A program made the translations under genes and the position numbers. The notes beneath the pieces were generated by a model that worked only from the letters and a program-made list of their open reading frames with translations, searched no databases and was not told where the DNA came from. Positions 13,868 through 24,008 of a stretch of DNA of 37,871 nt are shown in pieces (within the stretch, counting starts at the first letter, position 1; every line of letters begins with the position of its first letter). Origin of the DNA: a virus (lineage: Duplodnaviria > Caudoviricetes); IMG/VR virus record IMGVR_UViG_3300021124_000013, positions 1-37,871 of that record. One strand, written 5' to 3'.

Positions 13868-15757
13868 ATGACATTCAAAGCAGGAGAAGAACACTTTAAA
13901 GTCAAGGCGCTAGCCGAGGCTAAAGCCAAAGTTTTGTCCATGGTCGAGGCGGGAGCAACAACCCACCAAGCCATGGTAGCAATCGGTAAGAAGCCTGATA
14001 CAGTCAGACAGTGGCTACTGCGTGACTCGGACTTTGCTACAGCGTTAGCGGAGGCAAAGGATCGAGGTGAGACAAACTCCTTGTCGAGCATCGGTAAGGA
14101 CAAGTCTGAACTATCATTCTCAGAATTCTCTAAGATGTTTCTTGACCAGTCAGTATTCCCACACCATCAGGACTGGGTAGACTTACTGGAGTCGAGAGAG
14201 CCTTCATGGCTGCATCCTTCTATTATCTACGAGCCAGCCGAACGACACAGGCTCCTCATCAATGTTCCGCCGGAACACGCGAAGTCCACTGTGATCACGG
14301 TGAACTATTCGACCTACCGTATCGCCCTTGATCCTAACGTTCGAATCATCGTAGTTTCGAAGACCTTAGTCAAAGCACGCGAGTTCGTGTATTCAATCAA
14401 GCAGCGTCTTTCGCACCCTCGTTACCTCAAGCTTCAAAACGCTTACGGTCCAGAGGGGGGCTGGAAAGAGGACGCAGACACTTGGAAAACTGACACGGTT
14501 TATCTTGGGGGCGATGCGCGTAACTCTAGCGAAAAAGATCCAACCCTTCAAGCCCTAGGCATGGGTGGTCAGATCTACGGCGCACGTGCAGATCTGATCA
14601 TCCTTGACGACGTTATTACAACTGCCAATGCCCATGAATGGGACAAGCAGATTAACTGGCTACAAAAAGAAGTTATTACCCGTTTGGGTAAGAACGGTAA
14701 ACTTCTCATAGTTGGGACACGGATTGCGGCTAATGACTTCTATAAAGAACTTCGTAATCCAAAACACTGGTCTGGTGGCCGTAGCCCCTTTACTTATATG
14801 GGCATGCCTGCTGTATTGGAATTTGCTCAAGAACCCGCAGACTGGCAGACTCTATGGCCTGAGTCGGATGTCCCGTGGGATGGAGACGAAGACGTCCCAC
14901 CCAATGAAGATGGATTCTACCCAAAGTGGGATGGACCCACTCTCTTCAAGCGTCGTAGCGAGGTTACTCCTAGTACGTGGGCTCTTGTCTACCAACAAGA
15001 AGACATCCAAGAAGATTCAGTCTTCCCCCCAGCCCTGGTATCGGGATCAACAAATGGGGCTCGAAGAGTCGGACCTTTAAAACCTGGCGTAGTGGGACAT
15101 CCCAAATCAGTTGAGGGTTACACCATCATTGGTATGGACCCAGCAATTGCAGGTAAGACAGCATTGGTTGTACTAACGTACAACAAAGTAGACGGCAAGA
15201 TCTATGTCCTTGACTGCTTGAATATGGCGGAGGGTAACTATCAAAAGATCCGAGCGGCTATTGAGGCTTACACAGAAAAATACAAGCCACAAGAAGTCAG
15301 AGTCGAAATCAACGCATTCCAGAAAGCCTTTGAACTTGACGAAGATCTACGTAACTGGCTTGCCGGACGTGGAGTCAGACTTAACTCACACTTCACAGGC
15401 AAGAACAAGTGGGACACTTCATTCGGTGTGGCTTCTATGTCAGCGCTTTTCGGAACAATGAGAGATGGCAACCACCAAGATAACAACCTTATTGAACTTC
15501 CATCATCAGATGGTTCAGAAGGAATCAAAGCATTAGTACAGCAATTAATTACATGGAAGCCAGACACTAAAGGTCCAACAGACTGTGTTATGGCAATGTG
15601 GTTCGCGGTCATTAGAGCCCGCGAGATGATCCAAAAGAATACCCATGTGTCTCCGTACCTAACCAACAGGTGGGCTACTAAGTCACAAATGGAATCACGT
15701 TACTCAATCAATCTCGATGATGCTTTCTCAGAGCAATGGACCGAGACTTACGGATAG
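13868..15757 (+). CDS. terL: Terminase large subunit with N-terminal HTH-like extension
   Basis: PPEHAKST Walker A, GARADLIILDD Walker B, VGTR, YQQ, IGMDPA nuclease, E.NAFQ, DCVMA. Confidence 0.95.
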   Translation: MTFKAGEEHFKVKALAEAKAKVLSMVEAGATTHQAMVAIGKKPDTVRQWLLRDSDFATALAEAKDRGETNSLSSIGKDKSELSFSEFSKMFLDQSVFPHHQDWVDLLESREPSWLHPSIIYEPAERHRLLINVPPEHAKSTVITVNYSTYRIALDPNVRIIVVSKTLVKAREFVYSIKQRLSHPRYLKLQNAYGPEGGWKEDADTWKTDTVYLGGDARNSSEKDPTLQALGMGGQIYGARADLIILDDVITTANAHEWDKQINWLQKEVITRLGKNGKLLIVGTRIAANDFYKELRNPKHWSGGRSPFTYMGMPAVLEFAQEPADWQTLWPESDVPWDGDEDVPPNEDGFYPKWDGPTLFKRRSEVTPSTWALVYQQEDIQEDSVFPPALVSGSTNGARRVGPLKPGVVGHPKSVEGYTIIGMDPAIAGKTALVVLTYNKVDGKIYVLDCLNMAEGNYQKIRAAIEAYTEKYKPQEVRVEINAFQKAFELDEDLRNWLAGRGVRLNSHFTGKNKWDTSFGVASMSALFGTMRDGNHQDNNLIELPSSDGSEGIKALVQQLITWKPDTKGPTDCVMAMWFAVIRAREMIQKNTHVSPYLTNRWATKSQMESRYSINLDDAFSEQWTETYG

Positions 15758-15765
15758 GAAAAGCA

Positions 15766-16113
15766 ATGCCAGCAAAGCCAAGCAAGCCAACAGGAGCAAC
15801 TGCTCCTAGCAAGAGTCTTCTAAACAAGGCTGTTGCGGCAGCAGGTAATGAAGTTACAGGTTTAGCAAAAAACCTTGGAAGCGGCGTAGCACGTGAAGTG
15901 CGCGGCGTAGGTCAGATTATTGGCACTGTAGGTAAGGGTGCTGAGTGGGTTGGTAAAGAACTTGGCAAGGTAAACATTCGTGCAGCAGGTGCACCTAATG
16001 CTACTGGTGTAGCAGGCGGACAGCATATGGGTGGAAACTCAGATGTAGCAGGAATGCCAAAAGTTCCGATGGCTTTTAAGCCACAGGGTCGTTCAGTTGG
16101 AGGTAACGGATAA
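15766..16113 (+). CDS. Gly/Ala/Lys-rich hypothetical protein
   Basis: Start at ATG 15766 after AGGAAAAG; TAATG coupling to the next ORF. Confidence 0.75.
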   Translation: MPAKPSKPTGATAPSKSLLNKAVAAAGNEVTGLAKNLGSGVAREVRGVGQIIGTVGKGAEWVGKELGKVNIRAAGAPNATGVAGGQHMGGNSDVAGMPKVPMAFKPQGRSVGGNG

Positions 16114-16256
16114 TGCCAAAGAACTTTTCTAATTCAATGAGTAAAGGCAAAGTAGTTGCACCTAACTCAACATCTTCAAGTAAGAAAAAGATTGCTTCAA
16201 CTAACCCTAGCAGGTCAATGGCTACAAGCAAGAAGACTGCACCTAAAGCCAAGTAG
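16113..16256 (+). CDS. 47-aa Lys/Ser-rich microprotein (not in ORF track)
   Basis: SD GGAGGT; MPKNFSNSMSKGKVVAPNSTSSSKKKIASTNPSRSMATSKKTAPKAK*. Confidence 0.7.
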   Translation: MPKNFSNSMSKGKVVAPNSTSSSKKKIASTNPSRSMATSKKTAPKAK

Positions 16257-16280
16257 TAATTAACTTTTAAGGACAACTAA

Positions 16281-18113
16281 GTGCTAACTATTCCACAAGT
16301 CATCTCACGTGTACAGACGTTGCGCTATCGCAACACTTCACGTGACATGCGAAATCAAGACGTCCAGATGGTACGTCAGGGAAAGATCTCTCAGGTCTAC
16401 CCTAACTTCTTCCCAGACGGCATTGATCAAAACGTAGTAGCAAACTTTATTGACGTTGTTGCACGCGATCTTGCAGAGATGATCGCACCACTGCCTGCAA
16501 TTAATTGCTCAGCAGTAAACCAAACATCAGACCGTGCTCGTACGTTTGCTGACAAGCGTACTCGTATTGCCTCTAACTATTTCCGTCATTCGGAAATGGA
16601 AGTCAATATGTACAACGGTGCTGACATGTTTATCACCTATGGTTTCCTCCCGTTCATTATTGAATTGGATGAAGAAGCGAAGTTGCCACGCATCCGCCTA
16701 GAAAATCCTCTTGGAGCTTATCCAGAATTTGATCGCTACGGACGATGCATAGCCTTTGTTAAGCGTTACTCAATGACGCTAGGTGAACTGGTAGCCCAGT
16801 TCCCTGACTTTGAACGCCAGATCCTTGGACCTGATGGGTACAAGCAAGACATGAATGGCATGATCGAAATGATCCGCTATTATGACAAAGATCAAAGCGT
16901 TCTTTATTTGCCATCACGCAGTAACTTTGTACTAAGCCAAGCACCTAACCCACTGGGTAAGATGATGGTTATCATTGCAAAGCGTCCAAGCGTTGATGGT
17001 GAACTACATGGACAGTTCGACGATGTACTAGGTATTCAATTACTACGTAACCGATTTGCTTTGATGGCTATGGAAGCCGCAGAAAAATCCGTTCAAGCAC
17101 CAATCGTTCTGCCTAATGACGTTCAAGAGTTGCAACTCGGTGGAGATGCGGTTATCCGCACAGCAAACCCAGCAGGCGTACGCCGTGTAAGTTTGGAAAT
17201 TCCAGCAGGTGCATTCAATGAACAGCAACTTCTTAATGAAGAACTTCGTGTGGGTGCTCGTTATCCAGAGTCACGTACCGGAAACATCAAAGCATCTATT
17301 GTTACAGGTGCAGGAGTTGAGGCTCTTCAAGGAGCCTTCGATAGTCAGATTAAATCAACACAGGCTATCTTTACAACCGCATTGCGTGATGTTATTTCCC
17401 TTTGCTTTGAAGTAGATGAGAAGATATTTAATGTCGAAAAGACTATTCGTGGTACCGATGCAGGTTCTCCTTATGCCATCACCTATACGCCATCGAAAGA
17501 TATTAAGAGCGATTACTCAGCAGACGTCCGATACGGCATGCTGGCTGGTCTCAACCCCGCTCAGGGGTTAATCTTCATGCTCCAAGCCCTCGGAGGTAAG
17601 TTAATCTCCAAGGACATGGCTATGCGTGAACTACCATTCAATGTCAACGTTACATTGGAACAAGAAAAGATTGAGACGGAAGACTTACGTACAGCACTTA
17701 TGGGTGCTCTTACTGCTTACACTCAAGCCATTCCACAAATGGCATCACAGGGACAAGATCCAACGCAGATTATTAATAAGGTTGCTGAAGTAATTAAGCA
17801 GCGTCAAAAGGGTAGAGTCTTAGAAGACGTAATCCTTGACGTATTTACACCCGAGAATCCTCCTGCTGGTACTCAATTATCGGTTGAGCAACCCGTCTCT
17901 GCTCCCGGAGCACCAGTGGGAGGCGCTCCTTCAGGTATGCCTCAAGGCAATCCTATGGGAGAAATTGGTAGCGGCAATCCAGAAGGCCCTCCGTTTAGAG
18001 GTCCTGGCGAAACAACCGAGCGTCCAGAGTTACAAAGCATTCTTGCTAGCCTAAATGCTAGCGGTAAAGCAAGCGGAAGTGTAAGAACAATTAGTCGTCG
18101 TACAGTCGGATAG
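16281..18113 (+). CDS. Portal protein
   Basis: 610 aa after the terminase; VANFIDVVARD, GQFDD, TGAGVEAL and a Pro/Gly-rich tail typical of podovirus portals. Confidence 0.85.
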   Translation: MLTIPQVISRVQTLRYRNTSRDMRNQDVQMVRQGKISQVYPNFFPDGIDQNVVANFIDVVARDLAEMIAPLPAINCSAVNQTSDRARTFADKRTRIASNYFRHSEMEVNMYNGADMFITYGFLPFIIELDEEAKLPRIRLENPLGAYPEFDRYGRCIAFVKRYSMTLGELVAQFPDFERQILGPDGYKQDMNGMIEMIRYYDKDQSVLYLPSRSNFVLSQAPNPLGKMMVIIAKRPSVDGELHGQFDDVLGIQLLRNRFALMAMEAAEKSVQAPIVLPNDVQELQLGGDAVIRTANPAGVRRVSLEIPAGAFNEQQLLNEELRVGARYPESRTGNIKASIVTGAGVEALQGAFDSQIKSTQAIFTTALRDVISLCFEVDEKIFNVEKTIRGTDAGSPYAITYTPSKDIKSDYSADVRYGMLAGLNPAQGLIFMLQALGGKLISKDMAMRELPFNVNVTLEQEKIETEDLRTALMGALTAYTQAIPQMASQGQDPTQIINKVAEVIKQRQKGRVLEDVILDVFTPENPPAGTQLSVEQPVSAPGAPVGGAPSGMPQGNPMGEIGSGNPEGPPFRGPGETTERPELQSILASLNASGKASGSVRTISRRTVG

Positions 18114-18121
18114 GAGTAATC

Positions 18122-18364
18122 ATGGCAGCCGCACCGAAGAAAAAGAACACTCGGAATCGCACGGTTGCTGAAGATACATATTCCGAACTAGAAATGTATT
18201 GCATTTGGCTTAATGAGTACTACAAAGGATTGCGCAAAGCAGGCTTTACGGTTGAAAACGCTTTATGGTTTGCAACAACCAAGGAGTCTTATCCAGACTG
18301 GGTTAAGTACGGCAATCCAACCCCAGAACAAATTGAAGAATTCTTAGAAGACGAGGATGAATAA
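18122..18364 (+). CDS. Hypothetical protein
   Basis: SD AGGAG; LNEYYKGLRKAGF..E.A; acidic tail. Confidence 0.8.
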   Translation: MAAAPKKKNTRNRTVAEDTYSELEMYCIWLNEYYKGLRKAGFTVENALWFATTKESYPDWVKYGNPTPEQIEEFLEDEDE

Positions 18365-18789
18365 TGGCAGGAGATCAAGGCGGATACCGCCAGCCATCTA
18401 ATCCAGCACCAGTATCAGGTCCAGGCGCTCTTTCAAAGCGCACAGACGGTGGTGCCGTTGACGGTATGCAACCTCAAGCACCTAAGTACATGCCTGGACT
18501 AGGCTATGGAAAAGGCGGAGAGAACATGGCTAATCAGCAGGCTGCTCCATTAGCCGGTGCTCCAGTAACTCCACCTGCTCCTACAGTTGTACCTTTATCT
18601 GCCCCTACGCAGCGTCCTAACGAGCCAATTACTGCTGGCATTGACAGAGGTCCAGGACCAGGATCAGAAGCCATACAGGTGCCTAACATGGCTATTTCTC
18701 CATCGCACACTCTTCGCACCATTGCCCAGAATGATCCAACTGGAGACTCTGAACTTCTGTATAGGTCATTACTCAGTAGAGGTTTGTAA
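18364..18789 (+). CDS. Pro/Gly-rich putative virion protein
   Basis: TAATG coupling; PAPVSGPGALSKRTDGG, PTQRPNEPITAG. Confidence 0.8.
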   Translation: MAGDQGGYRQPSNPAPVSGPGALSKRTDGGAVDGMQPQAPKYMPGLGYGKGGENMANQQAAPLAGAPVTPPAPTVVPLSAPTQRPNEPITAGIDRGPGPGSEAIQVPNMAISPSHTLRTIAQNDPTGDSELLYRSLLSRGL

Positions 18790-21700
18790 TGCCAGATATG
18801 ACTCCAATTCCCGGCGTTGCCGTTGGGCCTCGCGCATCTTTGCCTGCCACGCCAGTTACTGGTATTACTGCTCCAACTAATACACTTGCTGGTAATACTT
18901 CAGCACTTAACCTAAGCCCACATGTTATGGACATGTCTCCTTCTCTTTATGCAGCAGCGGCAACTGGTGGTTTAAATGCAAACCAGCAGAATATGGTTAA
19001 TCAGATTGCTGGAACTGTGCAGACTTACAAAGCATTAAATGCTTTGCCAATACAGCAGGCTAAACAAAACTATAAAGCCCTAGGTCAAGAAGCACAAGCA
19101 ATGCTTAAGAGCATGTACGGTGCTCCTGCTTGGACTAATACAGATAACTGGATTACTGGTGCAGTTAAAGGTATTGCTTCGACAACTATTAAAGCAGTAG
19201 CAAGTCCACTTATTGCGCTTTACCAAGCTGCTGGTATTGAAAGCAAAGTTATTAATGCACCATATTTGTTTGCACGTGAATTAACACAAGGTGAGTCGGC
19301 TCTTAATTTTAATACATACAAAAAAGCATGGAACGGTAACGCTGTCTTTGACAACGGTACGCTTGCTAATCTACAAAAAACTTATGGCAAAGCCAATGCA
19401 TTTATTGCTGAAGGTATCCTTAAGGGTGAGACTCCTGGCCAAATCATTGACTCATACGGCAAGGTTGATGGAGATCTTTATACTGGACTAGCAAACATGC
19501 TAGGCAACACTAAAGAATTTAATTCCATGATGGATGAGTTCCGTGGAGCGCAGGTTAGTCCTGGCCGCGATCTAGCACGTCTTGCTTTTAACGTACCAAT
19601 TACTGATAGTCACTTCTACACTACGGGTAAGTGGAAATATTCTTCAGGTACAGTTGATGCGTTTTACGAAATCTTGCATGATCCTCTTACTTACATTACA
19701 GGTGGCGGAGCAAAAGTAGCAGAAGCATCTACTAAAGGTGCTCAAATGGCAGAAAAGTTAATTGCCGATCCTGCACTTCGTGCATCTAATGCAGAAGAAA
19801 TCTTTAAACCAGGCACTCAGTTGGCTAATACGTGGGACAATACACTTGGACCATTGGTCCAGCGTGCAACAGAAGCAGATAAAGCCAAAGATCCAGTTGC
19901 TAAAGCAGCAGTCATGCGTGACATTGTGCAAAGCGCACCTGAAATTAACAACCCTGACTTCCTTTCTATCCTTGGTAAAGCAAAAGCCTTTGATGCTAAT
20001 GGCATCAAGGAGTTTGCAAAGACTATGCAGGGCGCTCAAGAACTACATATGGGTACCATCGATGGTCCAACTGCACTGCGCATGGGTATTCCTGTAGCAC
20101 GTCGTGAACGTTTCAGCATTAGCGGTGCTAACCGCGTACTTAGTGACTTGTTTAATGGCAAGATTACTGAAGAACAAGTAGACAATGCACTTAAGAATGG
20201 TCATAAAGGGCTAGAAGAAATTGGTCGTGCACTAGATCCAGTAACTGGATTGCCAACTACTGAGTATGACCGTGCAAGACTTGATTCTTTCCAGGGTCAA
20301 ATGACCCTTGGTCGCCGTATTAGCCGTATGGCACAGACGCATCCAGGGCATGAAGTTATTAATGTTATGGATGAGAATGTTAAAAGCACTCTTTCTGTGT
20401 TTAATAGGTACTTGCGTCTTGCTGGATACCCTAAATACGCTGCAGATATTACAACTGCTGCTTTTGAGTACTCTAATCCTACAGATCGTGTAACAGTTCT
20501 TCGTGGATTATACAGTCAGATCATGAACTTAATGGGCGTACCAGAAGAAAGCCGTGCTGCTGTACTTAGTGCTAAGTTTGCAGACAGTGCTACCTTTGCA
20601 AACCCTAAAGATCTTTATATTAACCCTGAACATCTATCTGAGTGGAAGCAAGTAGACCCACTTGTGCATGATCCGCTTAAAGACGGAACAGATATGTACA
20701 AGGTTACTACTAATGGTCCGCTTCATGCATACCAGGGTAAGCCACATATTGGTGGATTGGACTTTAACGGTCCAGAACTAGCACCATATGGTTTTAATTT
20801 TGCTAAAACAAAGCCTGCTTATCTTATTAACCACGTACTAGGCAACGCTACACGTTCTGCCTTTGCTCGTAAGATAACTAATCTATGGGCAACAGGATCT
20901 ATCTTCCCACGTATGGGTACTCGCGGTACAGTAGAGCAGGGTATCTTCCATTTGCTTACTGCACCGGTACAGAACATTACTGGATGGGCTAGAGGTCGCG
21001 CACTTAATCGTTTAGGTATTGCCCTTACAGGCAACAATGAACAGATGCCTATTATCACACGTGGACTTAAGAGTATGTTTGGCATTAACCCTGCTAAATG
21101 GATACCTGAGAAAAGCGTTTATGATCAGATGGATAAAAAAATTGTCCAAGGTCATCTCGATCGTGGCATAGTCAATGGTCAAGAAGTTTGGCAAGCTGCT
21201 CAGCATGCAGATCTTATCCATGCTCTTGCTGCAAAGATTGATCGTTATTCAGGTGGAGATCCTGTTAAAGCACAGATCTTAGAGAAGTTCTTAAAGTACC
21301 CTACAGGTATTCGTTCTGCTGAAGTTAACTCAGTTATTGCTAAGAGTGCCATGGCACAGGGCATTATGGGTGGGGAACTAGATCAGTCAGTACTCACTGG
21401 TAATCAAATCCAGCGTATGCTTAAATCAGTAGGATACAAAGCAACAGGTCGTTTAAAAAATGTAGATCCTGCGCAGATCGCCAATAATCTTGGCGAAGAC
21501 GGTCTAGCAGATTCACACTTCCGTGTATGGGCTCCTATGTTTAAGAGTTTTAATAAACTAGATGGCTTCCATTTCGGTGAGAACTTTATTAAAAACAATG
21601 CTTTAAAGACTGGTGCAGACTTTGCTGCTGCACGTGATGCAATCCTCAAGCGCTTTGGTATGAATCCTGAGACACTTGAGATTGTAAAACCAGCAGAGTT

Positions 21701-24008
21701 TAAGAAGTACAAGCAGTTCTCTATGCAGACTGCACGTGATGTGAGCGATAAAGGATTAACAGAAGCACAAAGCGTACTTAATCGGGTGCAGATTGCACTA
21801 CAGGATATGTATACCACCTTTCATGGTGATCCAATTAAGTACAATGATAAGTTAGTCAAAGCAGTTCAGGACATTGCTAGTGCTCCTGGTGGCTCTATTG
21901 CCAAGGGATTGGATGCTATTGATCACAATGCATTCCGTGAACTAACACGTGACTTCCGTCCAACTGGTGAGTTTAAGTCTGACCTAGAACCTTTGCATGA
22001 TTCCTTGTGGAATAAAAGCAAGGAAGAAGTAGGCGGAGAAATCATGAACGCTATCAAACGTTTTGGTGATGGCGGTCTACAAGGCAAAGCACTTGGCATG
22101 ATGGACGCTCAGATTAACTATATGTTTAATCAACCTGCTCTTAAGATAGCAGCAATGACATTAAACGAAAAGTACCTTCCTCTTGAGAAAGAGATGTACA
22201 ATAAGTTAATTGAAGAAGGCTATGCCAAAGAGACTGCAAAGGAAATTTCTGAACGCCACTTTGTAGAAGTGGCTGAGAAGAATGCAGCGCAGCAAGTACT
22301 TAAGTTTGTAGATAGCGCAGCAAAGCAATCTAACTTAGCCTTTGCTCTCAAGACCTCTGGTCGATTCTACCGTGCTCAAGAGCAGTTTCAACGCCGTATT
22401 ATGCGTCTTAAAGACTACCTACCACGTGCTTTGTATCGTACTCGCCTAGCACATCTAGGTATAGATAATGCTGGATTCATTCATAAAGATCAGAATGGAA
22501 ACCCATACATCTCAGTACCGGGTGATGCAGCAATGTTTAATGCTATCAACGGCACATTAAACTTCTTTTTAAACCGTCCTGATACTGCAGTTAGTACACC
22601 TTTGTTTGCTAACTTCAATATGAACTTAATTCAATCAAGCCCATCTCTTGGACCTGATGCAGGTGTACCTGCATTCTCTGGTCCATTAATGTCTGTTCCT
22701 ATTTTAGGGCTTAAGATGCTATTGAATAAACTTCCTTGGGGCTTTGGAAAAGACGCAGCGACTAGTATTGATAGCGTAATGCTTGGTTCTAAAAATGCCA
22801 ATTTAACTGCAAGCAAACTAGAACCTGTCTTTGTGCAGCGTATGATTGAGCTTCTGCCTAAAGATGAGCAGGATCATCAGTATGCATCTGCTGCAATGAT
22901 GGCTATATCTTTTAATGCACTACATGGGTATGGGGATCTTACCCCTTCCAGTACTGCAGGCATGAGTACAGACGAATACAAGTCTAAGGCTCAGACTTAT
23001 TTAGACAACCTGCATGTTACTGTTAATAACGTTATAGGACTTCGTGCTCTTTTGGGAATGATTTCACCTATTGCACCTACATTGGCAGAGGGTAAAGACG
23101 TACCTAATGTCTTTAAAAATGTAGGTATTAATAACTTTAGCGCAGCATTTAATGACATCTTACAGGGCGTTCTGCGTAATGATAAAGGTCTATCAGACCC
23201 ATATGAAACTGCACTAGGTATCTTTACTGAAAAGAATCCAGGTATGTCTGTTTTTGCTATAGGCAAAAATGACAAGCAGACTAAGTTGTTGCAGTCTTAT
23301 ACACAAAATACCCAGTCATGGATGCTTAATAACTCTAAGTGGGTTAACAATAGTGATCCAGGTATAGCATCAGCAGCCATGATTTTTGCTCCTGATATGG
23401 GCAAGTATGATCCTAATACTTATACTTGGATGCAGTCAACAGGGCTGATTACACAAAAGCCATTGGCTAAATACTTACAAGATGTTATGACTGCACAGGA
23501 TGTAGCAGCATATTGGAATGCTAAGAACCGCGAAACTAATGCTCTTAGAATACAAGGCACAGATAGAGCAGGGGTTATTGCTGATGCTCAGGCAGAACAG
23601 CAATCTATTCTTACTGCTAACCCAGTAGTAGCACTTACTGTTGGTGATGCTAAGACTCAACTAGCCAAGTATCAAAATGCGTTTGCTGGACTGGGTGCTT
23701 TGCTATCACGAAAAGACTTTCCTATTCCAGATGCAATGCGCAAGAAGATGCAAGTTGTGTACAACTATGCATCAAATGCTATACAAAGCATGACGGTTGA
23801 TACAACTGCTAATGGATTTATTAACGCATCTGTTGATAAAGAAAAGATGAAGCAGGATGCTATTGATCAAATATCAAGCATTGGTGGAGCCACAAAGCCT
23901 GGCGATGCACCAACAGATCCACAGGTAGCAGAAGCATTAAAGTCAATCATTGTTCCATTGCTCGATAACTTGTCAAAAACTACAGTGAAAGCGGGGTTAA
24001 CTAAGTAA
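18789..24008 (+). CDS. 1739-aa putative internal virion / DNA ejection protein
   Basis: Very large, mostly helical-looking ORF in the structural operon; no catalytic motif recognised; product inferred from size and position. Confidence 0.6.
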   Translation: MPDMTPIPGVAVGPRASLPATPVTGITAPTNTLAGNTSALNLSPHVMDMSPSLYAAAATGGLNANQQNMVNQIAGTVQTYKALNALPIQQAKQNYKALGQEAQAMLKSMYGAPAWTNTDNWITGAVKGIASTTIKAVASPLIALYQAAGIESKVINAPYLFARELTQGESALNFNTYKKAWNGNAVFDNGTLANLQKTYGKANAFIAEGILKGETPGQIIDSYGKVDGDLYTGLANMLGNTKEFNSMMDEFRGAQVSPGRDLARLAFNVPITDSHFYTTGKWKYSSGTVDAFYEILHDPLTYITGGGAKVAEASTKGAQMAEKLIADPALRASNAEEIFKPGTQLANTWDNTLGPLVQRATEADKAKDPVAKAAVMRDIVQSAPEINNPDFLSILGKAKAFDANGIKEFAKTMQGAQELHMGTIDGPTALRMGIPVARRERFSISGANRVLSDLFNGKITEEQVDNALKNGHKGLEEIGRALDPVTGLPTTEYDRARLDSFQGQMTLGRRISRMAQTHPGHEVINVMDENVKSTLSVFNRYLRLAGYPKYAADITTAAFEYSNPTDRVTVLRGLYSQIMNLMGVPEESRAAVLSAKFADSATFANPKDLYINPEHLSEWKQVDPLVHDPLKDGTDMYKVTTNGPLHAYQGKPHIGGLDFNGPELAPYGFNFAKTKPAYLINHVLGNATRSAFARKITNLWATGSIFPRMGTRGTVEQGIFHLLTAPVQNITGWARGRALNRLGIALTGNNEQMPIITRGLKSMFGINPAKWIPEKSVYDQMDKKIVQGHLDRGIVNGQEVWQAAQHADLIHALAAKIDRYSGGDPVKAQILEKFLKYPTGIRSAEVNSVIAKSAMAQGIMGGELDQSVLTGNQIQRMLKSVGYKATGRLKNVDPAQIANNLGEDGLADSHFRVWAPMFKSFNKLDGFHFGENFIKNNALKTGADFAAARDAILKRFGMNPETLEIVKPAEFKKYKQFSMQTARDVSDKGLTEAQSVLNRVQIALQDMYTTFHGDPIKYNDKLVKAVQDIASAPGGSIAKGLDAIDHNAFRELTRDFRPTGEFKSDLEPLHDSLWNKSKEEVGGEIMNAIKRFGDGGLQGKALGMMDAQINYMFNQPALKIAAMTLNEKYLPLEKEMYNKLIEEGYAKETAKEISERHFVEVAEKNAAQQVLKFVDSAAKQSNLAFALKTSGRFYRAQEQFQRRIMRLKDYLPRALYRTRLAHLGIDNAGFIHKDQNGNPYISVPGDAAMFNAINGTLNFFLNRPDTAVSTPLFANFNMNLIQSSPSLGPDAGVPAFSGPLMSVPILGLKMLLNKLPWGFGKDAATSIDSVMLGSKNANLTASKLEPVFVQRMIELLPKDEQDHQYASAAMMAISFNALHGYGDLTPSSTAGMSTDEYKSKAQTYLDNLHVTVNNVIGLRALLGMISPIAPTLAEGKDVPNVFKNVGINNFSAAFNDILQGVLRNDKGLSDPYETALGIFTEKNPGMSVFAIGKNDKQTKLLQSYTQNTQSWMLNNSKWVNNSDPGIASAAMIFAPDMGKYDPNTYTWMQSTGLITQKPLAKYLQDVMTAQDVAAYWNAKNRETNALRIQGTDRAGVIADAQAEQQSILTANPVVALTVGDAKTQLAKYQNAFAGLGALLSRKDFPIPDAMRKKMQVVYNYASNAIQSMTVDTTANGFINASVDKEKMKQDAIDQISSIGGATKPGDAPTDPQVAEALKSIIVPLLDNLSKTTVKAGLTK

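Noticed and set aside
20750-20780. LDFNGP in the 1739-aa protein as an RNA polymerase DxDGD motif
   Set aside because: The catalytic aspartates are missing, so there is no support for a virion RNAP from sequence alone.
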